From: Phoronis australis
Lineage: Eukaryota; Animalia; Phoronida
Direction: 5' to 3'
NCBI GenBank assembly: GCA_002633005.1
Contig: NMRA01000101.1
Coordinates: 248,001 to 312,000, forward strand
Length of the DNA stretch: 64,000 bases
In this document: piece after piece, positions 27,201 to 40,188 of the stretch
Position numbering within the stretch: position 1 is the first letter of the stretch
Layout: every line of letters begins with the position of its first letter
Position numbers and translations under genes: made by a program
Notes under the pieces: generated by a model
What the model was told of the DNA's origin: nothing
Databases searched by the model: none
Seen by the model: only the letters and a program-made list of their open reading frames with translations

Positions 27201-30200
27201 CATGTTCATCACGACTTCAACAAAACCAAATATCGTGGGAAGCCAAGATTTACAACAAACACATGTGCAACATTACAAAATATAGCACTTCAGAACATGC
27301 TATGTAGTAAAACCTTATCAACCATTTAAACCTACAATCAATTGTGCGCAATATGGTCACTACTTACATTAATACTAAAGTTAAGCCTCAAGTAAACACA
27401 AAAGTGCATCTGACACCAATGGGTCAGGCCAATACCTGTTTTTGTGCATCATATACTCACTTCAGTTTGACAGCGTACAGACAGATACACACTATGTCTT
27501 TATGCACAATATACTCACTTCAGTTTGACAGCATACAGACGGATGCACACTTCAGTAGAGTTCTCCTCAGCTGCATCAGCTTGAGGTCGCAAGTCAGGGA
27601 CAAGGTCTTCTTCAACACTGTTGAACACTTCTGCACAAGAAAAGAACACGCAGTATGCAAAAACAAACAAGATCAAAGTTTCCACACAAGTAGTCATTAT
27701 GGTTACATGAAAGTTGACGAGCAAGCAAAAATTGTCACAAAACCAATGTATGACCAGAAAATGTAATGATCAAGAGAAAAGCGTTGACAAGATTGCACGT
27801 TCTGGTGTTTAATTGAAATTGAAAAAGAAATTCTTAACTTGAAAACAAACAAATTATTGAATTCCCAGTCTCATACGCACATTACAAAATACAAGACTTG
27901 GAAATGTTCATTTACTACCCTGAGATTAAATACACATTTCATTTCCTTAGTATTAGATGACAATATGAACAGCTAGAAAACAAAAGGTGAAAATCCTAGC
28001 AGTTACCAGTGTTAACGTCATCATCGTCCTCATTCTCCGGCTTACGGAACACTTTAGTGCCTGCATCAATGACCGCGATACTAATGCACGGCGCAGCAAG
28101 CACAAACTCTGACACACTGCTCACATGAGCCGTGCTGCCTTGAATGTCTTGATGAATGTGAAGGGCATAAATCACCTGCAAAGACAAGGATCTGATTACT
28201 GATATGGATTACTCATTGTCTTTAGAATATTTAGCAACGAAACAACTTCGACCCTGACTCCCAACTAACCTTCATGCGAGTCATAATAACTTTCGACTCT
28301 TGACTGTTCGCAACTTTTGAACAGTTGATACCGCAAATGCTATCTTTATCAATACAAAGATTCAGGGTATTTGTTTTCGATAGTATTATAAACAAAAACA
28401 AGAATTGGCCAGTGCCCTAATTCAGCAGCCACAAACACTACATAATGCTCTTAAAAGTAGGTTGAGAACTTACAACACAACATTGACCAAACGGCAAGTG
28501 ATACTTGAAACTAGAGTACAGACTCAGTTCAGGGGAAGTAGACGTAATGGAAAACATCAATAAAAACTAATCTTACAGTGTCCACAAAATGTGTTCAACT
28601 TGGCACATTACCTGCCGCTTGATGTCAGTGAGAATCAGATATCGTGCACTGAGATCGACCCGTGCCTGCAGCATAGGTTCCGCAGTGGAATCTCCAAGAG
28701 TGCTGACCCTGAAATAAATGACAGACAAACCTGTGAGATCAAACGTTGGAATTAATTTGCATTTGATGGCAAGGGACAGAGGGCATGGGTTTATACTACA
28801 CGACTCAAACAATAAGTATTAAAGATAACTAAAAGAGTAAATGGAAACAAATGAATGTACAACAAATATTCAGGAAAAGCAATACAATTCGCGAATGATT
28901 CACCAATGAGTATTCTTCATCTATCACCAATCCACAATGTGTGCTGCCATTATCTTCACTAGCCATGTCGTTCTATTGCACACAAAGGATGCAGCTAACT
29001 CATTAACACATCATGATGACCCACCTGACAGTCTGTAGACATGTCCAAGACTCACAACTCCACACCTTCAGTTCAGTGTTATGACAGGCACCTGTTATCG
29101 CATACTTCCAGAACTGAAGCCTACAAGACAATGACCAATTATACTTCTCAGTTGAGAAGCAGTCACAAAGCGAGGAAAAACGTAGAAGTTGGCCATATTC
29201 CAGGACTCATTGGTAACAAGCCAATACTTTGGCAACAGCGCTCCTTGAGATTAAAAGCCATTAAAAGTTTGACGAATAAATCAAAATTTTGAGCAGTACT
29301 TGACACCAGAATTCTAAACTTTCCTGCAACAGCAAGTGTTATAAAAACTCAGGGCAGGCACGAGTACTGTACATGTAGAAACCTGATGAAATACCCTCCT
29401 GCATAGAGTCATGCCCTTTCGTTAACAGCTCAAGTCAAAAGTGCAACATAACTTAAGTTCAAACAGTTTACCAGGAACAACTTACTCTGGATTAGGATGT
29501 TTGTGGTCATCCAAGAAGAACATACAGGACAGTGGCTTGCCATCATGGGGTTTCCACTGATGAAGGCAGCTACAATGGAGTGTGTCTTTGATAAATAAGG
29601 AAGCAACTTTCATACAGTTTTAGGTCATACGCATAGTCACACAATAGTTTACTAGCAAGGATTCACCCAAACCTTAATACAAGCCTTATGAGCCTGACAA
29701 ATAACTGTTCACATATTGTAAAATATTAATTATGTTACATACTCCCCTACGTAAACTTCACCAGCTGAAAGGATAGAGCTAAATAATTGAAATAAGGTTA
29801 AAACATAACTATCGGTAGGTTTTGATATTTCCCTTTCATAAATACACGCAGACAAGCAGTTTTGCTCAGATATAATACTAGTACAGTACAAGACAAAAGT
29901 AATGAGACCAAAAAAAAAAGTTTTGCTGTTGTGACAGCAAACTAACTCAACTATTAACAGCAGAAACGTAATAACTATCAAGGTGGCAAAATTCTAATTC
30001 TAAAATGGTTTAATCACCTAACTTTCCTATTACTTTCCTTTCATTCTCTGAAGTCATGAGGTACGACTACTCTGAAGATGAGTTTGGCTTCTACCTTACC
30101 ATCATGATGGGGGAATGCCAGTTCATTTGTCTGAATACTTTTGGATTGTACTGTAGGTTTGTACAATTCTTGGGCAACCTACATGCTTTTGTAATATTAA

Positions 30201-33200
30201 GCACTGAAACCAATTTGCATCAACAGAGACGCATTTGTTGCCATTTGACATGTAACATGGCTGTATCCTGCAAACTTTGTGAAACCACACTGAGCTCATA
30301 CATGGTCTAGACCACAAGACTGAAATGAACGTAGCATCACGGTCTTTATGGTCACATGACAACTCACCGTGGCGTGGCTTTGTCCTGCATATAGACCTGG
30401 AAAAACTTCACCTCTCCGTCAAGACTGGCCGTGGCAAGGGCAGTGCCATCTGGTGAGAAGGCAGCAGCAACGATTGGCTAAACAGGAAAGACAGTAGCTC
30501 AGTCACGCTAGATTTATCAAAGGTGAATCAAAAAGACTCGCTTAGATTAATTGACATTAGTGTCAGACCATTCTTGCCACAATCAATGCACATCATGTTG
30601 CTCTACTATTTTTGGAACGCATATACGGATGTATGGGGGTTAAGTCCATGGTTCACCGCAGGGGAAAAGTGCCCATGTCTTACGGGAGGAGATTTTTTGG
30701 TTGACTGGGGGGAAACTCCCTGTTCAAGACTACTCTCCCCTTCTTGGCCTGGTCCTTGTGTATGGATTCATCTATTCGCATAGGCCAATGCCTACCTGCG
30801 CACCTACATAAAAGTTTGCTTATGAATGAAGCATAATAAATTATTTAGTTGTGTCATCAAGAAACCTTATGTTATGGTTTGCTGGTCTTGGGGTTGTGTA
30901 TCTGTTCAAGCCAGCCTATTCGCCATGTGTGGGACTTTGAACACAAAGAAAACCAACACAACTCTGGTCTTATTGCCTCATACCTTAGTGTGACTGTCCA
31001 CCTGCAGTAGACCTGTGTCGATGTCCTCGTTGCTATGGGGACCAGCACCATACTCCCGAGTTACCATGTCTATATTCCACATTTCTGCCTGTAACAATTA
31101 AGACGACAATGAACAACACAGAAGACATCACTACACATCACAGTGCATTTCTGATGTGTGTTTAAAAGGACAGTACCCTATTACACACCACAGTGCATTC
31201 TTGATATGTGTTAAGGTTATGCTGGACTCTCATAAAATTACCACATTTGGCAAACTTCGGAACATCATATCTCAGAATAGGCCGATTGGATTCATACAGA
31301 ATTTTCAGATACCCTGTTTTATGCATTGTTCACAAAATGCTGTCAAGAATTGCTTTTAGGCATTTCAACTTTTGCAGGAGGGGCTATGAAAATTAAGATT
31401 TTTATCATTTTTATGAAAAAACTCAGAAGTTACATAAAACGAAAGCGAACTGATTATTTAGAAAACTGTAACAGCATTTTTGAGATTTAACCTTGAACAT
31501 TTATATCAAGAGAAACTTGGGGATGTTATTGATACCATTCTTTCGCTGTGAATGTACCTGAGTTTTTTTTGCTAAACTTTAATAAAACGACATAGTCACG
31601 TGAACCAAATAATGGCAGATTGGAATAATGTAAAAAATCAAATTCAATTCTACTTTCAGGAAATATATACTTTCACTGACTTAAATCTACAGGTATTATG
31701 TAGATTTTGGTTAAATACACAAACAAGTAGATAAGGTCTTACAGAACTTTAAAACCCATTGTACCTTACTAAACATCACACACTGCACAAGAAACAGTAA
31801 TTTACAAAATGCATAAAGAACAGTGCAAAACTTATTAAATGATCACAGCTGATTACTAAACTAGTGTACGGATGATTTATTTTACAAAATTTGTCTTCCT
31901 TTGAGTGATGCTCTGATTACGCAGTCTTGAAACCTTTTTGAAAAAAGTTGTAGTCTAAAAAGCAATAATTAAATCAGAAGTGAATGATTTTCTTACTTTT
32001 TCTTCATGTGTCAGCACCAGAAGTTTGCTGACATTCTCAGATGGATCATCCTCGCCCTCGTCAGATGAGTCAGGAATATATGGACACCAGACAATACGAT
32101 GGTAGTCACTGGGGGTGCCACTGTCTGAGTGATTTACTTGAAGAAGTAGTGTGGCACTGCAAAAACCAACGGAATCTAACAATCATTCTCACAAAGAGTA
32201 TGCAATTTTTAAGTATATTCGGTTTTGCCCAGTTCTCAACTGGACAGTATTTTTCTACAATTTACGGTTAAACTGAGAGCTTAAACAACAGCATTATTTA
32301 CTAAATTAATTTCAGCGTAGTTCAGCAAAATACCGAGATATCTTAACATGCCTCAGCTTCATTTTAGCAAACTCTCCAACTAGCTTACAAACAGCATAGA
32401 TAGCAAAATCAGAGTATTCAGTAATGCGCTTACTTAAGACTCAGAGCTTTATCACCAAGGCCAACTATACAGGTTCATTGTTAACTTCATATCAACTGAA
32501 TTGCAGATCTTAAATGACAACAGAGAATTTTTTGTGACTTTCTTATCTTCATATGAACACACAAGTTGATTTACATCTTGTGCATTATTTCAAATCGTGT
32601 GATTCTTACATTTTGTTAGCAGGCCTTACATTGTACAGGAAAAAAATATGAATTACCTCTCCTGGAGCTTACTTGAGACCAGGCGCTTATTGAACAATGT
32701 TTCTACTGGTAGCCTTTTTGGAGACCAGGTGCTTATTTAACCAATTGAATGTTTTACCAGTACCTTATTGGAGACCAGGCACCTATTTAACAATGTTTTT
32801 ACATGTAGCTTATTGGAGACCAGGCACTTATTTAACAATGTTTTTACAGGTGGGTTATTGGAGACCAGCGCTTACCACAGGACTGGCACAAACACTTCAC
32901 ATTTCGGTATACGCATACACCAACTTACATCACAATATCAATAACTTCAGGAGATAAAAACAACTGGGATCCTATTCAACAACATTCTCATGGCTGTACG
33001 TACAGTATTTCCTCATTTTCATCTTCAGTGATCTCATGTACAAATAGATTCCCTCTCTCATCCGTGGCAGCCAACACTAGTGTATCTAGGTGAGCGAAGG
33101 CAAGGTCAGTCACGCGGCCCGAGTAGCCCTTCAGCAGTGACCGCTTGGCCGTCCTACGGTTGACCAGTCGAATGCATCCGCCCGTGCGGCCTATGAAAAC

Positions 33201-36200
33201 GAGGAAAATGAAAAACATCAAGGAAAATCAGATTACAAAATACTTTTTTCAGGCAGGATAATTAATAACACCCTAGAATTTAAATGTAGTTTACAAAATA
33301 GGGACCATTTTATCCGGAGTGTGAACAGTACACTTTGCTTTTTGAATCTGCGAACAAACGAAGCCATAGATTGTCTTCATTGCGACATGAAAACAAATAG
33401 CCACTTTCTGGAAAATCACAGCGCTCTCTCTGTTTCAGCAATATTTACCCACAGTGCTCTGCAGTTGTCCCACAGTTGCACACTGCTGCTACGCTAATCA
33501 CTGCCTCACATCAAGATTAGTCTTGTCATTCTGGACCCAACAAAGTTTTACTGTTCCGGGCTCAACGCTTCCCACAGCCTCAACTCGCCAAATGCAACAA
33601 AATTTCCAGGTCGCCAAATGGGAAGTGGGTTCAGCAAAAAAAGGAAACCACATAATGCAGCGGTACCGAAGTCCTAGCCTTCACAAATGACAACCACTTT
33701 AAGAAACAGGTAAGTTTGTCTTAATGCATAGTTGCCAGCATATGGAACTATGCTAAAGTGTAAAGGTCAACATTCACACAAACACCTGAAAATGAGGTTT
33801 TTTGGTTGAAAGGAAAAATAGGGATAATCCTTTGCATGATAACGACCGATTTCCTGTTCGGCTCATGACAAAAAGAGAAAGCAAGCGTATAATGCATGCG
33901 TTGTGATCAGATTCTGTTCGACAATTCCGAGTCGCTTAGTAATCCGTTAGTCTTGAAATAATAACAAAAATCAGGAAACTTTGAGAAAATGAAAAGGATT
34001 CCAAAACATATCTGATACAGAAGTTAAAAAAAATGACAAAAATTTCTTCACCTGAAAAATTAACACACGTTTAACCAAAAATTTGCGAGTTATTTTCAAA
34101 TAATTTAGTGTTGTTTTTTCTGGTTATCTTCTGGGGTTTTGCAATAACATCAATGAAGCCAGACAAGTATCAATGAAACTCATTAACTTTTCTGGAAACT
34201 AACTATTAAACAAAATGTGAGAAAGTTGAACATTTAAACAGAACATAACCAACATTAATACATACGGACACCATTTGAAAAGAAGTTGAAACCTAAAGCG
34301 ACAAATATGAAAGATGACTGTAACCAAACATACTATTGTCCTGGCACATTATCATTTATAGTGGATACTCAGCTTTGTTTAACTGCAGCACAAACTGACA
34401 GAATGACCTTCGCTTGGCAGTTGAACACACGCCAAGGAATTAGAGCGACTAGCATTTCGTTGGAATAAAAAGCAAATCACAAGATCTTAGTAAAAAACGA
34501 CTTAACATCAGTGAAAATTAAACGGAAAATCAATGATGAGGGCGTTCCAAAAAGCAGAAAACAAAATTCACAAATACAAGGATGTTACCTTTTAGAACGT
34601 AGGCGAGGAAATCGCCACGCCTGTGTGCTGCCACCAGGTTACCAGGGTAATACCTGTGCTCCCAGTCAAAGTTAACGATGGGGGAAATCCTCACCTGAAA
34701 CAGCAGGTGGAAGTAAGACAATTGGTGAAATTATCAAGTAGACAAATGTATAGCACATTAACTGTACTGACTGAGATTTGAGTTCACTTTACATATATTT
34801 AAATTACCATGATGTCAATTTGAAGGTTGATGGCAAGACCCCCCCCCCCACTTTCAAATTCATTACCACTGATTGACAGGCATTCGCAACTTTACAACTG
34901 CAAGTTTCATAGCCTTACGAACAAACTCGAACAGAAGACCTTGTGTAAAATTGCATACAAACCTTGTTACTACCACTAGTGGCACAGCTACTAGTGAAAC
35001 TGGGCACTATCTCCACATCACGAGCAAACACACTGAAACTGTTCACCTCGTCATTACCTTGAAGATGGCTGCAAGTTTTAACGAGATGAAAGGTTTATTA
35101 TAAGTGTATAAACATTTCATAAAAAATACAACAGAAAACCTTTCCAGGAATAACTTCATTTTATTGACTTTGGCACTGCTAGCAATTGCGTGTTTAAAAT
35201 TCCATGCAGATCCACCTTTGAAAATGTTTTGGTTCATCTTTGGAGTGGAGTTATTTGTTTTAGTTCTTAAATGCAGCAACACGGTGCTCCTAATTGTACA
35301 CAACACAATTTGATTTGCTTAAATTTGAAGTTTGTGATTTCAGCTTGACCTATTGCTGCATGGGACTCAAAACTCTCTCAGAAACTAAGTAGTGTAGAAC
35401 AGCAGCACACCTGACTTAGGTACTAAGTAGTGTAGAACAGCAGCACACCTGACTTAGGTATTAAGTGTCACTATCACAGATGAATATTTGTTGACTTTAA
35501 CCAAAGCACATCTACTTTAACATTGCAGGTGGGCTTGAATCGATTTAAAACGAGCTAAAATTATAAAAGAACGTGTGAAGTAATTCTTAAGTTATAATCT
35601 CTGCCCACTTTGGAGGTCACATACATCGTTTGTTTTGTAATGCTACTAGCAAGACTCTTCATGACGTCATGGTATGAGTGGTTGGGTGAGGGAGGTGGCT
35701 TGCGACCAATCTCTCCACTATCATCTGAAAAATTATAAATGAACAGAGTTTAAACAAACTTGAACAGCTACACATCTGGTGATAGCTGAGGCAAAATTGT
35801 TTCATTTTTAGTCAGTAAAACTAATGAAAAATGGAATTCGCTCCAAAAGTAAAAAAAAATGATACCGTCACAATGTTTAACATTACAACCATGAGTTGGG
35901 CATTTGTTTATGAAAGACAAACCTGTCACACCAGTGAGGAAACTCACTAGCATTGTGCTTAATACGTGTCCTATGATTCATTCACAGACAGTCAACTCAA
36001 ACTGGCACTGTGAGCTAAAGTGTGCAGATGGTTATTTGGCTGTTGGACAATGGGGCAATCATCAACAAGCGTGTTTGTCCACAACATTTGTGTAAAGAAC
36101 TTTGGAATATCTTAATCCTTCGTCAGGTAACAATGTCACCAGGAAATCCTCACACGTGTCACAAGGATTTTTTTGTCAAAAGTAATTAAATGTATGAAAC

Positions 36201-36384
36201 AAAAGTTGTTGAAAATGTGTCATCAGGTGAACCATAGCACGGTGGCTACATATATTAAGTAACCACGTCTTTGAGGCAAGCAGATCCACTGACCTGGTTT
36301 ACCAACATTGAGCATGTCTTTTAGTAGAGCTGAGGGGTCTCCACTAGCACTCACAGATGATGAGGAGTCATCGGTGCTATCCAT
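15153..36384 (-). CDS. EDC4: Enhancer of mRNA-decapping protein 4 (Ge-1), complete, 26 coding exons, about 1288 aa
   Basis: Exons (high-low): 36384-36294, 35724-35625, 35068-34963, 34694-34589, 33190-33004, 32156-31997, 31088-30984, 30477-30368, 29569-29486, 29120-29025, 28708-28612, 28175-28007, 27630-27519, 26992-26747, 26403-26257, 25708-25559, 24955-24677, 23851-23753, 22302-22058, 20113-19958, 19458-19343, 18796-18631, 18390-18204, 17417-17210, 16710-16547, 15333-15153. They sum to 3867 nt, divisible by 3. Hallmarks: GSNKVRISPIVNFDWEHRYYPGNLVA, FSPDGTALATASLDGEVKFFQ, CLHQWKPHDGKPLS, WSCESWTCLQTV (WD40 region), Ser-rich linker, coiled region, and C-terminal AFQQALSASDL...PLQQPVLLSLIQQL...YLEEAVMNLD. 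Confidence 0.96.
17923..17965. repeat. Imperfect (GT/GC)n microsatellite
   Basis: gtgtgtgtgcgcgtgtgtgtgtgttcgcgtgcgtgttgtgtgt. Confidence 0.8.
19149..19315. repeat. 24-bp minisatellite, about 7 copies, in an EDC4 intron
   Basis: Unit gcatattacacaccacctgccact. Confidence 0.95.
20114..22057 (-). other. Probable U12-type (minor spliceosome) GT-AG intron in EDC4
   Basis: 5' splice site GTATCCTCTTT. 3' end gTCCTTAACtaggtcag with the consensus U12 branch sequence at 20122-20129 and no polypyrimidine tract. Only the acceptor giving an exon start at 20113 keeps the frame. Confidence 0.8.
21142..21217. repeat. 19-bp minisatellite, 4 copies
   Basis: agctgacctacatttcacc. Confidence 0.9.
22970..23474. 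mobile_element. Non-autonomous DNA transposon (MITE), about 505 bp
   Basis: Terminal inverted repeat CAGTGCTTGA...TCAAGCACTG, flanked by TA on both sides, with sub-terminal gcgac/gtcgc motifs and no transposase ORF. Confidence 0.6.
24357..24484. repeat. 42-bp minisatellite, 3 copies
   Basis: acataaagcagacctggttatgaacaacactataattatta(a/t). Confidence 0.95.
25074..25237. mobile_element. MITE, about 164 bp, possibly PIF/Harbinger-like
   Basis: Ends ctgggctctgtttcatgaaa ... tttcatgaaatggagcccag form an 18/20 inverted match. The superfamily is inferred. Confidence 0.7.
25912..26011. mobile_element. 100-bp fold-back MITE
   Basis: tagtctgatataa..tgcc.g.attttgagaacca ... tggttctcaaaatgcaggcatgttatatcagacta. 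Arms about 38 bp, TA at both ends. Confidence 0.75.
27451..27551 (-). repeat. 58-nt-offset duplication of an EDC4 exon end plus its 5' splice site
   Basis: atatactcacttcagtttgacagc(g/a)tacagac(a/g)gat(a/g)cacact at 27451 and 27509. Confidence 0.85.
31211..31684. mobile_element. Degenerate dispersed repeat, probably a non-autonomous DNA transposon; related copies at about 21250-21880 and 59750-60100
   Basis: Shared ordered blocks (caaactt.g..aacatcat; tgttttatgca..gtt; atgaaaaa..c..aagtt.cat.aaacgaaa; catggtcac.tgacc; tttcag.aaatatat). TTAA at both ends of this copy. Confidence 0.5.
32667..32875. repeat. About 45-bp degenerate minisatellite, about 5 copies
   Basis: Unit similar to gcttattggagaccaggcacttatttaacaatgtttttacaggta. 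Confidence 0.85.
35384..35467. repeat. 38-bp tandem duplication
   Basis: actaagtagtgtagaacagcagcacacctgacttaggt x2. Confidence 0.9.
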
Positions 36385-37139
36385 GACGCACTACAAGTAA
36401 TTACAAGGAAATAAAGTTTACCAATGACAAGGTAATAAGGGATAACAATTAAAATTCATATACTTTAAATCTTTCTCTCACAAAGCATATTTATATTGTG
36501 GCAAGCCGTGTGCTGTTGAATTTAATTGCACTGCCCATTCAGTTCCTTTTGATAGCTCATAATTTCCAAGAAATTATCAAATGAAGAAAATCCAAACATG
36601 TATGTGGTGACGGTGGCCGCTATCTAAAGAAAGAGAAGAGGTGAAGACCTCTTATTCAGTGACCGGACTTGAGCTACTGCCCGTTTAAAATACAAAGGGA
36701 TTAGAATAATGAGATTCCTACAGGCTACAGGAGACCATGGGGAGTATTATAGACTCTCCAGGGCGCTTTGCGTTGCCTAGCAAAATGGTAACCACAGAAG
36801 CCATTGGTCAGTGACGTTGGAATGTTTAATTAAGCATTGGTTTCTCGCCACAAGGACAACGCAAATGCCTTGGGTCTGGGAACACACCACAAGTAGAAGT
36901 CAAAGTGCTGCAGTTTGGACTTTGGTGAATTATCTGATAATGTCCGATATGACATCACAAAGTTGTGGGATGTACCAGTCATTTAAATCATTGAATTGCT
37001 TAATGTGATTCTTCTCAATGAAAATTATAGTTAGTGAGTTTGAACAACAGTGTGGGTGTTTCTATACGTCTTAGAACAGCACGCAAAAACGACAAATCAC
37101 AGGGTATCGGTCCCAGGCAATTTGGATTCTTGTATTTTT

Positions 37140-37400
37140 GGAACTTCCGCTGCCGGCGAATTGTAAGTTGGAAAAAGCATCAGCTAGAGTCAAAGGGATT
37201 TATGCTACATTCCACTCAACGATATTATATCAACAACCTGAATGATTTGTTAATCCTTAATAGGAATACTACAGCTGTCACTGGAACTCTTCTGCTACGC
37301 ACTGTTCACACTTACACCGCTTCGCTAACTTTCGAAAAGCATGGCGACTTCCCGCAAAATATTGAAAGTCTCGCGAGAACTGAGAACTGAACCAGCGGGA
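37140..37400. promoter_or_regulatory. Putative bidirectional EDC4/SPIDR promoter with non-coding first exon(s)
   Basis: Local CpG enrichment; palindrome TCTCGCGAGA 37369-37378; E2F-like TTCCCGC 37349-37355; YY1-like CATGGCG 37340-37346; ETS-like ACTTCCG about 37143; GTAAGT donor on - at 37315 and on + at 37163. Confidence 0.65.
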
Positions 37401-40188
37401 GTTTTGGGCTCTGCAACAAGCATAAAGCACACATATTTATTCAGACTGTCTTCAGATCGATGCTGTGTATTATAGAAGGCCCTGTATTCAGGCCATTCAC
37501 TTAGGTACTGAATTATGTTGTACATCTATAAAACTTGTAAATTTTACTGGAGCTGAGTCTAGACAAAACACTTCTGCAAAAACGACCTCTAACGGGCTAA
37601 TGGCTATGACTGTACAACTTTTATGTTTGGTTTATTTTCCTCATAATCATAATCATAATGTGTTGGCGTTGCACTCTAAAGAACTTGGGAAGTTTTTCTC
37701 ACTCCCAGAGTAGCATTCTGACCTAAGTAGAACAAGTTGCTCACAACAATCTTTCGTTGTTTTCTGTAGACTGCATGGACTGCCGTGAATCAGTTGCTCA
37801 TTTTTGTAAACACACCAGGTCATGTTGTAAATAGTATATAGCAGCGTTTCTGTACAGTGGTGATCGATTTATCGTAGATTGCAGTATTTTCATGTGTGTC
37901 TATTGTTGTTTATACATAATTTTTGTAGGTCCACGACTCTAGTGATTATCGCTTAACTTTTATTTACACTTAGCCTTAGGCCTGTATCTTGGTGTGGCAC
38001 CTTTAGCTTAAGCTCCATTTTTCTCCATGTTTCTGTTAAATTAAATGTCATAGAAATAGCCCAACTGGTGAAATGTTAACCTCTTTTCGAATGACGTTAA
38101 ACAGAGATTCTTGGGTACGGTTATAGTACAAAAATGTTAAATCGTGATTTTTGGAGCTGCATGACCTGCTGTCTTGTGGACAAAAGAACTAAGTGCATGA
38201 AGCTGAGATCCTTAAGCTGGATCTCGTCCTGCTTAGCTAGCTGAACATGAAAATCGAATTACGCTTTTTATTCTTGTGAAATTGGTACCTCTTGGCATTG
38301 GTGAAAGGATTTTATTTCCATCGATCAGATTAAATTTCACTTGCATTGAAACACAAATGGTTTGGACTACCAGTATGGTATGGTAGTGTTCTGTGATAGG
38401 TGTTGTGGTGAGTGGGGTATAATTTGTAAACATTTGTTTTATATCCAGCTAACAGAGCGAGATGCAGCTTTAACTTGAGGACTGATTGGTTCTAGACCCA
38501 TTTCTAAAGCGAGAGTTGTAAAACGACAGTGATCTCAGTCTTGCACAAACAAATAATGGTTGATGGGTGTGGAATTATCCATTAAGCTAACCAATTAAGC
38601 ATAGGGCAACCCACGCGAGTTAGGGGCTCTGTCTCTTAGCCTCGCCCCCCCATTGGTTAAGTTGTCAGTTATTTACATGAGGAACAATGAGGGTGCAGTT
38701 TTACCCAAGAGCTCTTATAAAGCAGTATATACATGTGTCACATCAAAAACCCTGTAAGGCTCCAATCCATCATTTGCTCTATTAATAGACCTTCTTGATT
38801 AATTGTGTACTTATCTCTCCTAATTTACAATTAAATTTTTAAACTGAAATTTCATGAAAGTACCGTTCACTGTGTTTTTCAAGAATAAAAAGGAAAATTG
38901 GCGATCAGAAGTATTAACTGAAATCGCAATTCTATTTCATCCAAAAATATTCTGACTTGATTTCATCTTTTTCCACTTCATTACTCAGTTTTGGGATCTC
39001 CACAAACAATAGACAAGTTCATTACACGGTGAAGCAGAAAGGTATAGGGTAAAGGGATGTAAATGCAGAGAATCTCATGCCTCAGTCAAAACTTGTGAGG
39101 ACAGGGAAAGGAGGTGAAAAAAGGTGACGATCCTGGTCGCAACTCGAAAATTACAATGACATCAGGTGGATCATGACCAGGGGTAGTCAAAAATAGGGGT
39201 CAGTGATCGGGGGTGGAAAATTGTAGCTCAAAGTGTTGTAGTCATTTGTAGATGGTTCAAATTATACTGACCATGGTCTATACACTTATATCTTAAGCTC
39301 CCAAACAGTAACAAAGAACCCCTGTTAATTGCCTTTGCCTGTCCATTAGGTACTGCCTCACCTTTTTCCAAGTGGCAACTGTCACTGTATCTTCCCTGTT
39401 GGGATTATAATGGGCACTTACCACGGGCTTCTTTGTTTGGAAATTAGTTGTGTGTCCGTGATGAACTGTTACCTGAGTGTTTGTGATGACATTCCTTCTG
39501 ACCATTTAAGACACTGCGGACTATAAAAAGTAAATCGGTCATTGGAAATAAGTTATTAAACTAATTTCATAGTTTGAAGTATCAAAAACTGGTTAACTAC
39601 AATAGAATAGAATAGAATTAACACTCAACCTCTTTGTGTAAAACCTGCTTTAGCAACACAGTGAAGCAACTTGACTCCTGTACACCACCACTTCATCAGT
39701 GTAATCTTGATACACCTGAAGCTATAAAGCAGTGAAATTTGAGTGAGGAGCATGCCATACATTTCTTTTTAGTCTTGTGTAAACCTGAACTTAATTTGTA
39801 CCCGTCTGAAATTGTGCCTTATCATCAAAATAAATGGAATTCTTGTCTTGGAAAGGATTGACTTTCTTTTAATTTTTGAGGCCAGGCTCTGCAAGCCTTG
39901 TTATGTTTTTCTCGATATCAAAAATCACCCTCATTTGATTATGAAATAAACTGAGACTAATTTAAAGACTAGGGTAAGTTATCTAATTCAAAAGTTGGTT
40001 TCTTCAATGCAGGTTGTGTTCATGGCCACTTTTAATAGCGTTTTGAAATATTTGTTTTCATGAAATGGCGATTTGAAACAGTGCTTAAAACATACTGTCA
40101 TTGCACAGATCAAGAAATTGTCTTTTGCAAGGTGTTTCACTCTTGAACTATTTTTGTTTCAGGGAGCAGCTGAAGTTACAGCATTCCA

